Positions 11,201 to 23,814 of a DNA stretch of 33,462 nt are shown here, piece after piece. Made by a program: the position numbers and the translations under genes. This DNA comes from Acanthaster planci (taxonomy: Eukaryota). Each line of letters opens with the position of its first letter. Positions within the stretch are counted from its first letter, which is position 1. The stretch spans positions 310,001-343,462 of the forward strand of contig NW_019091356.1 in assembly GCF_001949145.1 (NCBI RefSeq), written 5' to 3'. The notes beneath the pieces are model-generated. The model ran no database searches, was not told where the DNA came from, and saw only the letters and a program-made list of their open reading frames with translations.

Positions 11201-14200
11201 TGGTGCCAGGAAACGGGATGCGGTAAACTTCAGTAACGCTATCAATAAACAAAACAGAAAGAATGAGGAGACTTTTGTTACTTTTTCAAAATAAATAGAG
11301 TTGTTTTTTTTTGTTTCTGTATATGATAGATTTGACATGAAAGTGTCATAGTATGTATAATTTGTTCTGATAAGGAGCATTTATAGACAAGATTGTAAGT
11401 TCTTGAAGCGGAAAAATATTCCTGCTAGAATTTTCTCCTGCAAGCTCTTCGTATCAATGTATATTAACCATGCAGCGGTTTTTATGCAGAACATACGTTC
11501 ACGTTTCAAATTCAAGGCAGACTTAAATGTCTTCTTTATTTGTTTCTGTGTTGTTTTGGAACTCTGAAAATCACAGTTGTAACAGTATAATGACTCCTGT
11601 TTTTACACTACGCCATGCCATGGGAGCTAGCTGTAGTGAATGACGTATATCCTCCATGGAAGAATCAACTTGTACCTGGCACAGACTATGGAAGACTAAA
11701 ATTGGTGCTTGAAGATTCAACCATGATTCAACCAACCATAACGATACACACTACGTCTTCCGCCAAATAAGACAGTTTTGTGCATCGTGACCAGTGCATC
11801 AGCAGCTACGAGGCTGGGTATCTCTTACAGTCATTTCTGGGTAAAACCGTTCTCTCCAAGGATTGGTATCTTCGCTGTACATCAGTACAGCCTCAAAACT
11901 ATGTCTGGCATCAATTAGTGGAAGTAAATCCCTATAATTAGTTCAGTAGACTCGTCACGCCAAGGGTTTCCGATTGGTCAGGTCATGCACGGAGCCTTCC
12001 ATGCACTTTTAAGGTGGTCATGCTTGGTAACCCTCTACCGCCAACGGGTTAACGTCAGTCATCACTCAACGTCACTCTATTCGGCCAGTCTTCTTAGCAC
12101 GACGACGGCCATTATTACATTTTATTAGATGTCACAGGTGTCTCTGATTGTCGCCGTGGTTTCAGGAGTTGCTGGCCAATTCTGAGGTTTAACTGTCTTG
12201 TCTACTTATCAAGGGCAAACAAGACAAGATTACGGAAATGCTATACGCCAAGAGACGACACGGTGGTACACCACTCTAACTCCTAGTGCGGCTAGTCGTC
12301 TCTTTGGAATGATTGAATTCATCATGGCGCTAACAGACCACAACGCTGCACACATTGGCCCATTTTATAACCAAACTATATTCCTGATGAATTGGGCCTA
12401 TATTTACCTGGTTATTTAGTCGTTTATTTGTTAAATTTTGGGTTTATTTTTCTTTTTATAACCATGCAGAAAATTTTGAGACGGGCAAGTTGGCGTCAAA
12501 ATCACTGACAGCAGTGCATATTAAGATTTATGAAATACTCAGCATTCATCCAAATATGCATCAGCCGGTCCATTTCTTAATTCCTTTTGAAGCTTTTGAA
12601 AATGAAAACTCTGGGACGAATCGCGATTGCACCCAAGGTGAGTCATCACATTATACAAAACATTCACATGCCCGATTAACTCTGACAAGGACGGGAAACA
12701 CCGGCAAAATAATATTTACTTACCAATTGACTCTTGTAAGTAAATGTAACACTTCTTTAAGAGGTCCACTTTGGGTATATATTGAGTACATAATTCCCTG
12801 AGTATATACTCACAAAATACGAGAAATCCTAAATTTCACTGTAATTGTCATGAAAATTTTCATTACTCCTTATATTGAAGAATGCTTCCATAAAGTGAAA
12901 TACTCAACATATTAACAATTGAGCAGTTTTCATTTATAATACTGAATAGTAAATCGTCACTCACTCAGTGAGCTGAAACTCATTAAGTGTCATTCCTTTA
13001 ACACCCAAAAGAGGCGTTGCCATCAAATAGCCCAATCGTCCGATTTTGACCAAGCAGAACCAGAGGGGTAAAACTCAGTCTTCACTCCTCAACCTTTCTC
13101 ACAAACCAATCAACACCTCTCTTCGAGGATTCGGAAGGATTTCCATAGACTGCAAGTAGCGGATTTAACACGCCCTATAGGTAATGTCTCACCGTGCTCT
13201 GAGATGTTCAACACATGCGATGAAGTAAAATGTTAAAATAAGGTTCATCTCAGAAAAAGTCAGCTTGCGAAGATACAGGAAACATCTTGTAAAGTGATCA
13301 GGAAGTCAGTAAGACCTGGATCTATCCAAAGGCCGCGAGAAAGGACGGAGTTGACCGTAGAGCATTGGCATTACGAACTCTGACTTCTCATGATAAATGA
13401 CTGGGCGATTCATTGGTTTAGAACCTTCAAAAAAGTACAGGCTCCACGTCGAAACGAGAGAGGGCGCTTTGCTTCCTCACAACTTTTTCCTCTCAGCCAA
13501 CATCACTGGCCGCTGTGCAGAACTTAAATAATTTAATTTTTTTAAAGTTCGGCAAGCAGTTTATAACGGCGTCTAGGCCAAAGGTCAGACCAGTACTTGC
13601 ACAGTGATCTGTCGCCACGAAAGCTAGAAAAAGTAGGGGGGAAATAAATTTTTGTTATTTGCTATTTTCAAATTATCTAGACCATGAGCTTTAGAGTGAC
13701 ATATAACTTATGTGGGAAGCCCTTCCCTGCAATCCCTTGTCAAGAGGCTAGGATCGCAAGTCCGAAAAAGCTTGGCTTCCTAAACCAAGTCAAAGCCAAA
13801 AGATCTTGTATGTGATCTACTGTCCGCTGACTGTTGTTGTACGAGGAGGTTTGCTTTACATCTGTGTTCCATTACGCAATAAAACGGAACCATGTAAAGT
13901 GGTTTAGAGGGAAATTAACAGCTGATAAGATAATTATTTTGTCACAGAAAATATCCTTTAAAATCTTCATCAACTACTGACAGTATGTTGTTTTGAAGAA
14001 ATTTGAAAGATGTGAAATCGTCTTTTACGACAAAACTATGAGGTCTAGTGTCAGAAGAGGGTAGATATCTACTGAACCAGAAATTAGTGACTCATCTAGA
14101 TGGTTGGAAATATATCATCATACCTTTAAGAAATGAACAAATTGCAAATATTTTGGAGCTTGGACTGCTTGCTGGGCCGGGTTATTTTTGTCGATTGTGC

Positions 14201-17200
14201 TTAAAATTATCGCGAATATTTTTTAAAAGACGTGGAAAATCAAACGTAAGAGGTTTCAATTCCCAGTAAATGCTCACGGGTCTGTTGAACTTTTAACGTC
14301 TTTTTCAGTGTGATAACTTTTAAATTAACACAGCGCACCTTTGAAATGGATTTTTCATTATGCCTTTACAGCAATATGCGTTTGATGAGTGCACTTTTTG
14401 TAGAGCACTACTAGGTATATTTGTCACTATAAGACAAATCAAAGCAACCAAAGACGATTAGACCAGAGAATATTTTTAGCCTCAGAGTAGCATTAGCCAG
14501 ATTATTATGGAATCCATAAGTATCACGTTTCCACATGTTACGTCACATCCCACGTCACTCACTTGAAACGATTTGACAACCTGTCATCATAGCTGATTCG
14601 AAGTTTTTTAAGTGCTTAAGTGCATAACTTGCTGCGCGAATACGATGTGAGACGCTGATTCCTTCCCTAATTCCGCTGAACACCCTTTCGCTACCTCTGC
14701 ACATTTAGATCAAGGATGCCACACCTTAATTTAATGAAGAAAGTACTTGACACAACTAAATGCAGACACTCGAAGGCGATTTAGAGCCTCAAGTCGAAGT
14801 GGGTGGTTGTATTACCGATACTGTTTTTTTTATTAATTTCGAGTAAAGTTTATACAAAAAAAGGAACAAATTTCTTTTATTTTTCATATTTTTGTGATCT
14901 ATGAATTGTAAGATCGCCAAAATCAGCAAAGAAATGAAATAGGGATAATTTGCCAAGAACAAAAATCAACCGGTATACATGTATTTATGATCGTGTGTTC
15001 GTAAAATTACAAGCGCTGTAATACAATGGAGTTAATATAGCACTCTAAACCGAGGTTTTGCACCCCTTAAATATAAATAGGCCTCCCGAGTTGACACTAT
15101 TATTGGGAATGCTACACTGGGAAACTAGAAAGTCTCCAAATGAATAATCTAAGGAGATTTGTACCGTGAATTGCACAAACTCATTTTGAAATGTCACTGT
15201 GGTGATCTTTCAACAGCTTAACGTCTGGCCGTATTTGGTTAGAAACTGTTATGCAGCCAATTACTGATCAACAATGTCATTTGTTCAACCTTCATGAAGG
15301 ACATCGTTTGTACAAAAATGGAACTATAACACAAGGGGTGTTGGTATTAGAGGCTAGCCAGCAGGAAGTCCATTAATTAAGATGGCTATTTGCCTGGCCT
15401 TGTCATTCTGATCTTAATCTTCACTGGGTCAAATCACATGAAGGCTACAATTAAATCGTAGCTTCACAAAAGAATTTTTCTAGGAAGTTTATAGTTAGTA
15501 CTTTTAATATACTGTGGTATGATGAACAGTCTTCTTTGTACGTTTCTACAATGAACCATGTTTTTGGAAGAGGCAGTTTATTTGCATTTCAGCGCACTTG
15601 GTAGACATTTGGAAGCTTATGTACTACAAACGGCAAAGGAGAAACAAGTTTAACACTGGAGAGAGATATCCCAAATTTTAGAGGTTTAAAAGTGGCCAAC
15701 GACAACATACTATTTAAGTGACCAATACTGATAATGACTGATGGTTGCTGTCTCTTCACTCAACGGCTAATCCTGCATTCCTTCCTTTGTGAAACCATTT
15801 GTCTCCGTCTCGTTTTCTTACCCTATTTACAGCCAAACTCCAATCACATACTCATCGTCGCAGGATCATCCATTAAAAAAATGAGCTTCAGTTAGTACTG
15901 ACAGAAATGGCGCTAATTCATTCAGGTTATCTGCCCAGACGAATAACAGCAGACGGATATTAGATAGAAGACACAAAAGATGCACGGAGGAGCGTAATTG
16001 ACCACTGGAAATGAACTGATTAGAAACAGAATGAATCTCTTATTATCCCTCCATCCTCATCAAGGACCACAATTATCTCTACTTAAAGCCATCCTGTCTA
16101 TTCCGGAGGAGCATATTCTGTCACTTTTCGTCGAACAATTAAAATCTTATTGTCAGTTAAGCTTTAAATGTCACCGCATATTTCCCAACCTGTCACGCAG
16201 ACTTGAATCAGATGAAGAGGTTTAGAAATGATCACAAGTAATAATCTTTAAGCTAGCCTTCGAAACCAAAACCAGACGTTGAGTCTCAAAATGATGATCC
16301 AGAAACCCGCCCGATAATGCGTATCTGTTCCAAGGTGCAGACATTCGAAAGTGCAGAATAATGGTAAAATTGTAGAGGTCATTTGGTGGGCAAGTTCTAC
16401 AGAAACCTTCAGACAGAGGATTTTTTAACACGCAAATCATTAGGTTTGGCCTCTGACTCATATTTCGTGATTAAATTTTATTTCTCGCAGGAATTGAATC
16501 CTTTTGGCTTAGCATCACGGTTTTTCCAAAACAAGGACTTCTCTAAATGGACCAAGGAGTCCATCAACAGGAAGGACAATTGGTAATTCTTAACCAAAAT
16601 CACATAAAAATCTGTTGATATATCCTGGACATGACCCCTGGATGGGAATAGCAAATAGTACTATATGAAAATCAATTACTGCACCATTCTAACGTTTCTA
16701 CATCAAACACACTTTACAGCACCAAATATTTCACTGCATGCATCCTATTCAAGATTTAACGATTAATTATTAATTAACTATTTCAATTTGATAGACTTTG
16801 TAAAATCAGTGAGCTTTGTTGTTATCCCTAAAGCCTTTTGAATGTAGACAATCTAGTTGCTCAACATCTAATGGCAAGGCGTCAAAATTTCTGAGATAAT
16901 TGAATGAATATCGTTGGCTTGCAAAAAGTACATGGATTACTGCTCTCGTAAACACTATCCCACTATTCGAAAGCTAACGACCATTTAGTTTGGGATGTAC
17001 AGGATGTTCTTTCAGACTGACACTGTAGTAGGTGTCCGTTATCACTCTGTCCAGTGTTTCTTGTATCGTCACGGCTGACTAACGTCTGCATCCTGATCAA
17101 AACTCCATGCCAAAAGAGGGGGGGTTTGTTCTCTATCTATCCTACAAAGAGTAGGCTATAAATTAGAGAATGAAACTGTGTTTGATTTCATCTTTCTTCA

Positions 17201-20200
17201 GACGTGGGTTTGTATAATCGATAGACACCATTGTTAAATTCAGACAGAAGCATAACTTCAGTGGTGTATCTGGGGTACATTTGCTGGGAGCGCTGGGGGG
17301 GGCTAATTTTCCGGAAGGTAAGAGAGGTACGTTAGGATCTGAACTACCTCATTCTGTCAATTAAGGCAGACTATAGTTATGAGTAGAACTCCTATACCAA
17401 TCTCTAGATCTATAAATAATTTTTTTGCACAGATCTTATAAACGCGATGTTAACTCAACAAAAACTCAAACCATTGTGAATCATTATGAGTCAAACCAAA
17501 CAAGAAAACTTGGGGGTCTTGCTGGTGGGTGGATCTGGCAAATATTTCCTGGGATGATAGGACTTCAGATGGACTTCCTGACAACCCTCGGCATTAAGGT
17601 TCCAGAAAATCTCACTGAAATAGCTCGTCAAATACAAAATATAAATCATTCCAGGGACCCTCTCAGAGATTCTCCAGTGTCAGACTGGGATTTCTTCGAT
17701 ATGGATGGTCCTTACTCATCCGTGTCATTTCTGGACAGCCTTTCAACCTCAATAACGACTAGATGCGATAACAGACATCTTTTCTTTACCACTGTGCTCT
17801 GTAGTGACAGGCTTATTAAGTATCTGAACTATTAACCACTACATCAGAATCACTTAATGACAGAATGAGCAAAGCACAAATTGACAGTTGACTCTCATTC
17901 ACTCTCTTAATATGTTGCTATGTAATAAGCCAGAAACTTCCAAACTGTTGACGAATTAACGAGCGGGAATTTCTGATCTTCGAACTTTTAAACAAAATGA
18001 AGTCCTTCCGGGGGCATTATAGATTTAACCTTTATTCGTATTCAAAGAAATGTCTGACTCATTGCGAGGTTGGGAGAAACCCAGAATGTTAAAGTGCTGC
18101 TTTCAGATTTTGGAATTGAACTAGTAATTCGACAGTCCTTGATAACATACAAACAGTTGAAGTCAGATTCTTTTAATAAAATAGTTATAATCTTTTGTTA
18201 AATTAAACTGTCAACCATCAACCGTTAGGTACGATTTGAGCTCTTAGGTAAAGTATGGAAATCATGAAAATAACTTTCAAATCGATGCATGAATAAATCT
18301 TTGCAAAAGGGATAAAACTGATTATGATATCTTCATCTACTTGTACATTTGCCACACGAGTCTGATTACTATTCAAGTAAAACCAGTCTGGTTTCCACCC
18401 ATATGTACCATAGATCACACTAAGACATGTAGTCATGCAATGTCGACTTCAAAGTGTTTTGGCTTGCAGGAAGGGAATGTCGGAGGACCAAAAAGGATGA
18501 AACAAGACTTCTTTGTCTTGTCGACAGGAAGCTCAGTGAAGACCAAGCTGCGGCTAGAAATTAATTAAAGCTACTCATCAGCACATTCAGTTAATATACC
18601 CAACCAAAAGAAGCATCGGGTATTGGGTACGTGCGTAACAAATGGTGCATACTGAACACGTGGAGATATCTTTAGTGGCCATTCTTACAACCAAAGGCTA
18701 CGACTAAGGCTTCCTGCTTGCAATCAAGTTAACGGTCTGGGTTAAACATTGAAGTTCGATTTGCTAACCAATCTTTCAATCTTCTAGAAAACAGCAACTA
18801 TTCGCTGGAGACAACACTAATGCCTATGGTTATTGGAAAGGCATGGTCACGCCGGTAGTCCTGTGTGATTGACATCAATAAATTTTGACTCGAGAAACCC
18901 CAGATATTCTTCTGACAACCATAACACCTTTGATTTATGCACCGACAATCAATCCATCAAGTTCTTAGGATGTAAGGCATACTCGTACAATTGGTTCCTT
19001 AAGATCTTGCAAGACGAGGTGACTAAATTTTTTTTCGCTCAGGGGGTCACACGTGTCATCACGACGGGAGAACCTGGAATGACTTAACAATGTCACTTTA
19101 TAGTACCGGTACCCTACAGACACCTGGGGTTAGCAGAGACGATGCTTGTCTGGGGAAGAGTTTTTTGGCTGATTAAAGATTACTCACTGAACACAAGAAT
19201 CCACGATTAATTAGGAAAATAATATATAATCTATAAACACACTTTAATGATATAGCAAATTACCTTTTGTGAGGCATTTATCACACATACAGTCATACTT
19301 TAATATTAAACCAAAATATTCAAGAATATTTGGTTTGAAAATCTGATTCATTCGTTCAACGGCATGAAAGTCAACATCCAAAAACAAACTGCATTTCGTG
19401 GGGTCTTTCCTGGGTTTCAAATTTTAGCCAATACTTCGACTGTTCAAGCTTACTTTCAAAATGGAAATTAACTGTGAACTCTTCCCCTTCTTTAATTTAT
19501 CAGAAACTGTGACTGCGGATACAAATTTGATTGTATCGCCTGAAGGAAACGTGACTGAAACAAAGCGAGACCACAAACGGTATAAATATAGAAACTGTAA
19601 ACCTTATTCCCCTTGAGTATTCCTATTAAGTCAGTGGAATTCTAAAGGTGTTATCCATCAGGGCCTTCAGGCAAAAAACTTACCAGGCCAGGTTAAATGT
19701 TTAATATGACCCACTGGCCTCATAACATGTTTTTTTAAATGTGGTCCGAAGGGAGGACTCCGGGGGGCGTCATATTGATACTATTGACGAATGACAGACA
19801 ATAGTGACTGCGACGCGCATATACCTGCAGAAATAGAGCAACTGGCTGCTGTAATGGTGAATATGTCATTTCAGCACCCAAGGGATACATAGCACCCAAT
19901 GTGAATAATGACAAATTCTTTTCTCTTTAAGTTCCAGTCTGACATCTTGCTTTCGGGAAAACAATTAAAAAAAAGTAACCGCGGAGACATAGAGCGTCAG
20001 AGGTCCTGCAAGAATTCAAGGTTATGAAATGTTTCATGGCTACCAATCTCAATTAGAAAGCACAACCTTCCTTCTGAAACCGGAACGGATTAATTAAAAC
20101 TGAACAATACTCCAAAAAAAAAACCAAAACGCAAAAAACTGCATCATTGTGACTTCACGTGCCCTGAAAATATTTCCCAATTTTGATACCAAGTACCGCC

Positions 20201-21538
20201 ACCAAAATGGCACCTTTAGATATCAGCCATGGATGGACAGTGATGCATTGTTGATGCGATCAAAGAGATCATTCACTCGTCGTCTAGACTACTTCATTTC
20301 ATCTTATGACGCTAGGTCGTGAGGAACGGCCTTTGACTTTATTCTAATGAGGAACATATTGAATTCCAGAGAGGAGGGTAACCTAGAGGGTGGTAATCAA
20401 GTCGAAACGTGCGGTGTGGTTTGCGCTATGTACTTGCTTCATGAAATCTTTCTAAACTTAATTTACACGATGAACTGTGAATCCCATCTAATCACTACTC
20501 ACTGAAAAAGCCTAAACGCAGTTTAATCGGTTAATGAGTTGATGAAAAAGGGAAAGAAAATCAGCATTTCCTATTATGTGTGACTGTTTTCTTGATGAAA
20601 ATGAAATGTTCCATAGATTTGAAATTTCAAACACGCCGGTTTTTCTGGGAAAAATAAATGGGGCACACAGGTTTTGGTTTTTCATTCCACCGGAGTTTGA
20701 GATCGTACTTAAATGTCTCATTGTTAAATCAAAGAAAAAGGCCGATATTAGGCCAAAAAGAATAATTTCTTTGGCTATAGCTGTTCAAATTGGAATTGGT
20801 AATAACAAAAATTATAAGACTAAAGAGATAAATACAATATATAAAAATACTTTTTCGAAATTGCAGTTAATTCTTACTCAACCAAAACGTGAGCACAGCA
20901 TCAGAACATCGCTTTTTGTCTCAAAAATGTGGTATCTGGATAAACTGGTTGATTTAGTCTGATGAATTCCTTGGTGTTGTCGTAACATTTCCCGACACTT
21001 TAAAGTTAAAAAATGTTTCTCCATACATTCATTTTTGGAGTGCTGTTGCTCGACGGATGGGGAAGAACAAATCTAGCGACGACGTGACAGATTCATTCAC
21101 TTGGGAACACAGAATGAGGAAAAAAGTTTATTTTAGAACGGACAGTCATGGTCATGTTGGACTTGTTTCTTATGATGAATTGGGGTCGTGGTGGGCTGCA
21201 GGTAGTTAATAAAGTTACATCTCCATTCAATTTGACTGAAACCTACGACAATTGGAATGAATTTTACATAGCATTTTCATCCTACTGTAGCACAAGTGTT
21301 ACAGAATATACAGCTATAATGGCTGCAGTAATTAAAATATGATTCAGTAATTAATTCAGAATATGGCCGTAGTTAAAGTGAAGATTAAATGTTACCTTTT
21401 TATGCGGGTGCAGACGTTGTTCCCCTTGGGTCTTTTTGCTGCCTCAGCCCCCTGGCCGAGGGTAACAATCACAGTCAATACAAAAGTTAAGATCCAGAGA
21501 AAACGAACTGAACTCCAAAAAGACAGCGAGAGATTCAT
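4339..21538 (-). CDS. EMI-domain single-pass (type I) receptor, MEGF10/Draper/CED-1-like but lacking EGF repeats; complement(join(4339..5210,7802..7905,8033..8582,9164..9279,11140..11238,21396..21538)); 1884 nt, 627 aa
   Basis: All five introns are GT-AG and the phases (2,2,1,2,1) join into one open frame. ATG in gccaacATG context. The spliced product reads signal peptide; NVCTRIKSVTEVYRIPFPGTKTKTIRYTTLCGIQGRCSRYRLVYVHNYREETRTIYRVVQECCTGWVQRGRKC (EMI pattern); Thr-rich stalk; TM helix; Tyr-motif-rich tail. Confidence 0.85.
7802..7905 (-). CDS. EMI receptor coding exon 5 (STRTSSCSFRKSKLLALAQSIKAGEVKIIRESTKK)
   Basis: Acceptor ttttttgatttcgccag|, donor AAAG|gtgtgt (rather weak); 104 nt, phase 2-1, which exactly bridges exon 4 to the last exon. 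Confidence 0.75.
8033..8582 (-). CDS. EMI receptor coding exon 4: Thr-rich/disordered stalk plus transmembrane helix (8086..8163, MMFLTGMLCGVGVLSLAAVVILFLMY) and basic stop-transfer RQRR
   Basis: Acceptor ttttcttacag|, donor CAAAG|gtaaac; 550 nt, phase 1-2; lies within ORF 8029..8643. Confidence 0.9.
8676..8699 (-). other. Candidate 24-nt cassette micro-exon with in-frame TGA (ECTNVSA*) in intron 3 of the EMI receptor
   Basis: atatttgtctgtcag|AATGCACTAACGTCTCTGCATGAG|gtgagt: consensus donor and plausible acceptor; would leave introns of 464 and 93 nt. Confidence 0.4.
9164..9279 (-). CDS. EMI receptor coding exon 3 (RLVYVHNYREETRTIYRVVQECCTGWVQRGRKCMTAPAP)
   Basis: Acceptor gtttcccctag|, donor CCAG|gtatg; 116 nt, phase 2-1; contains the CCxGW EMI signature. 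Confidence 0.9.
11140..11238 (-). CDS. EMI receptor coding exon 2 (SVTEVYRIPFPGTKTKTIRYTTLCGIQGRCSRY)
   Basis: Acceptor tttattgatag|, donor ACAG|gtaac; 99 nt, phase 2-2; supplies EMI Cys2 and Cys3. Its frame differs from the ORF-track calls over this region. Confidence 0.85.
21396..21538 (-). CDS. EMI receptor coding exon 1: signal peptide plus start of the EMI domain (MNLSLSFWSSVRFLWILTFVLTVIVTLGQGAEAAKRPKGNNVCTRIK)
   Basis: Hydrophobic core FLWILTFVLTVIVTL followed by small residues GQGAEA; NVC motif; donor AAAG|gtaac, phase 2. Not in the ORF track. Confidence 0.82.
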
Positions 21539-23420
21539 GTTGGCACTTGTATGCGTAAACCACACTGACAAGCAACCGCCAATTTGTGTCAGATGTCAAG
21601 TGTTATACAGCAGTCAGATCTTAACGGTATTACAACAAGCATAGCTGAAACATTTTGCACACACGAAAACGTACAGAAGGCAAGACATCCATCCAAAGTT
21701 TCCCCATGTCTCCTGTCAGCAATAAGAAGCTCTTCTTCTGTCGTATTTTCCCAAAAGATGCAACAAGTGGTGGTAACTACAGCGAGTCCTGCTTCAAGGT
21801 ATAATCTCAACAAAAATATCCAACTTCCCTCGACGGGAAAGCCGAGGTGACTGTAGGTCTATCGTAGAAAGCTTACCGTCTGCCCAGGATTGGTGAAACG
21901 TCAAGGCAAGGCTGAACTCTATAAACTCTCGAGACTGGGATGTTCTCATTTTGTCCAGGGCACGACGGGCAAACGATCTCAGGTTCAAAGGATTATGCAG
22001 TCACCCCCACTTAAGGAATGGACTCTTCAAGGCACTTTCTAAATTAGAAGTACACCGTGGATTGGCTTAACTTTGTTGATCTGCATATTTTGTATTCATA
22101 AAACAACGGAGAGTGAATACAAGCTGGTTTTAATCTACAATATAAATCCATTTGAAAATAAAGCCCCTTCTTAAAAATCTATACAGGTAAGATATCTGAC
22201 AAGAAAGTGCTTAAATCAAAGGACGAAGAAATCTTATCTCAATAGGGTATCCAGTATAAAGCAAAATATCGGCGATAGCTAAAATGAAGAGCTGTGGTTA
22301 GAAAATCCGTGAGTCACAAAAACACCCCTTGTTGGTTTTGAATAATCCTGCAGACACCTATTTGTATGAAATTAGAGCCTTACAACAGATTCATTAAGAA
22401 AGGAAAAGACTTTCAGTTCTAATTTTAAAGGGGAAACCTCAGCGTCCCTTTTTAAGCCTTGATCAAGCAGGACTTCCTACAGGACCCACCCCAGGGTCAC
22501 TGGGAATTTACTCAACCTAATTCAGCATCTTAAAGTCTTACACAAAAGCCTGCTTATCATCAGCCCCACGCTGGCGGTGTGAGGAGTTCTAGGAAAGTTG
22601 GTCCGCAAAAGAGAAGTCCGTTGATGAAATGTGAACAAAGTACACTCGTTGTAGAAAAAGGGTGCTGAAAGCAGACAGACTGACCTCTTCTTGCTTCAGC
22701 TGTCATTATAATGGAATCGTCAAATAGTTTATTTCGCCAATCATGCAAAAAGCAATGATGTACTGCAGACAGCACATATCCTTCCGAAATTTAACACGGT
22801 GGCAAATGCTGTTTTTGAAAGGTGCTGTCAACAAGGAGCGTCCCTTCGCATACAGTGTGGAGGATTCTGGTATAAATTCGCTCTTGTTATTCGAAAGTTT
22901 CACACAGTGCAGAAGATGGCGATCTTGGTGTGTTGGGGATAAACTGGGTGAGCCGAGGACGGAAGTGTGACGAAAGGACTGAAGTCCAGGATCATTCGAG
23001 GGGATAATGGTGCACTGAAATCGCCTGTGCAGGAGTGAGATTATGTCCGAAAAATTGCATGCACGTGTTAGCGTTAAACAGAAGCTGTCTTTTCGTTAAG
23101 AAAGGGTTAAAATTGCAAGTTGGGTACTGGACCTTTCCGAGGTTTACGGATTTTTATTGCTGATAATCACTCTTAAAATCAAAGCAAAGATGATATACAG
23201 ACATAAAATGGTTTTGAAATCTCTGATATTCTAGTTCACACTAAATTAAACGATAAAGATTTGTTAAGCATTTTGTTTGCTGGCAAGAAATAATTTTTGA
23301 TCACTCTACGGTCGAGAGAAGTCGCCAGGATAATCCGCATGATCAACCTGCTTCAATCGTTAGGATTTTAACAATGGATTTCTTTTTCCAAAGGATTTGT
23401 TGCCCTAAAATAGACGGCTG

Positions 23421-23814
23421 ATTGGCAGGTGAAGCACTCCCAAAGTTATCTGTAAATTGGGAGGAAATTCCCGTTTATTTTGTTCTTGAGGGCGCTCACG
23501 TTGCCCATAATGCAATCTCCTCATTACCAAGATTCGCTTCCTGTCAAGTAGACTCGCGTATACTTTGTTACCAAAACGATCCCGAACGACGGATTCGTTT
23601 GTGTGCAAAGTAGGATCCTCTCTGTAATTAGCAGGTGTTTATGTTTGTTTGCCATGATAGAGAAAACAAACTGAGCCGACCAATGAGTGCACAGGCCTGT
23701 AGCCTACAAAGGCTGCACATTGTTCTAAGGAGAAGGCGACGTGCTCCAACCCGAAAATGCGCCCGAAACCCATTGAATTATCACGACGATCTCTGCTGGT
23801 TCAGACGGGGCGGG
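23421..23814. promoter_or_regulatory. Candidate promoter elements between the divergent genes (CCAAT boxes, GC box)
   Basis: CTGATTGGC (ATTGG at 23421), CCAAT at 23680, GGGGCGGG at 23807; motif matches and position only. Confidence 0.3.

Noticed and set aside
10969..11380. ORF-track minus-strand ORFs 10969..11172 and 11129..11380 as the exon 2 frame
   Set aside because: The EMI-consistent, phase-compatible reading is the third frame, bounded by splice sites.
11689..11698. TGGAAGACTA matching the 5' end of miR-7
   Set aside because: Similarity stops after 10 nt and no hairpin is evident.
11978..12065. Intronic C/D-box snoRNA on the minus strand (GTGATGA...CTGA)
   Set aside because: Poor terminal stem and no recognisable rRNA-complementary guide.
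12770..13020. Palindrome TGAGTATATACTCA (12799..12812) and scattered TGAG/ACTCA motifs as a transposon
   Set aside because: No defined termini; at most a degraded repeat.
17259..17305. CAGTGGTGTATCT...G-run resembling a hAT-type non-autonomous element end
   Set aside because: No matching opposite end found.
20512..20962. AT-rich ORFs such as 20576..20962 (also 29899..30264)
   Set aside because: Low-complexity K/I/F/N-rich translations without motifs or splice support; typical chance ORFs.
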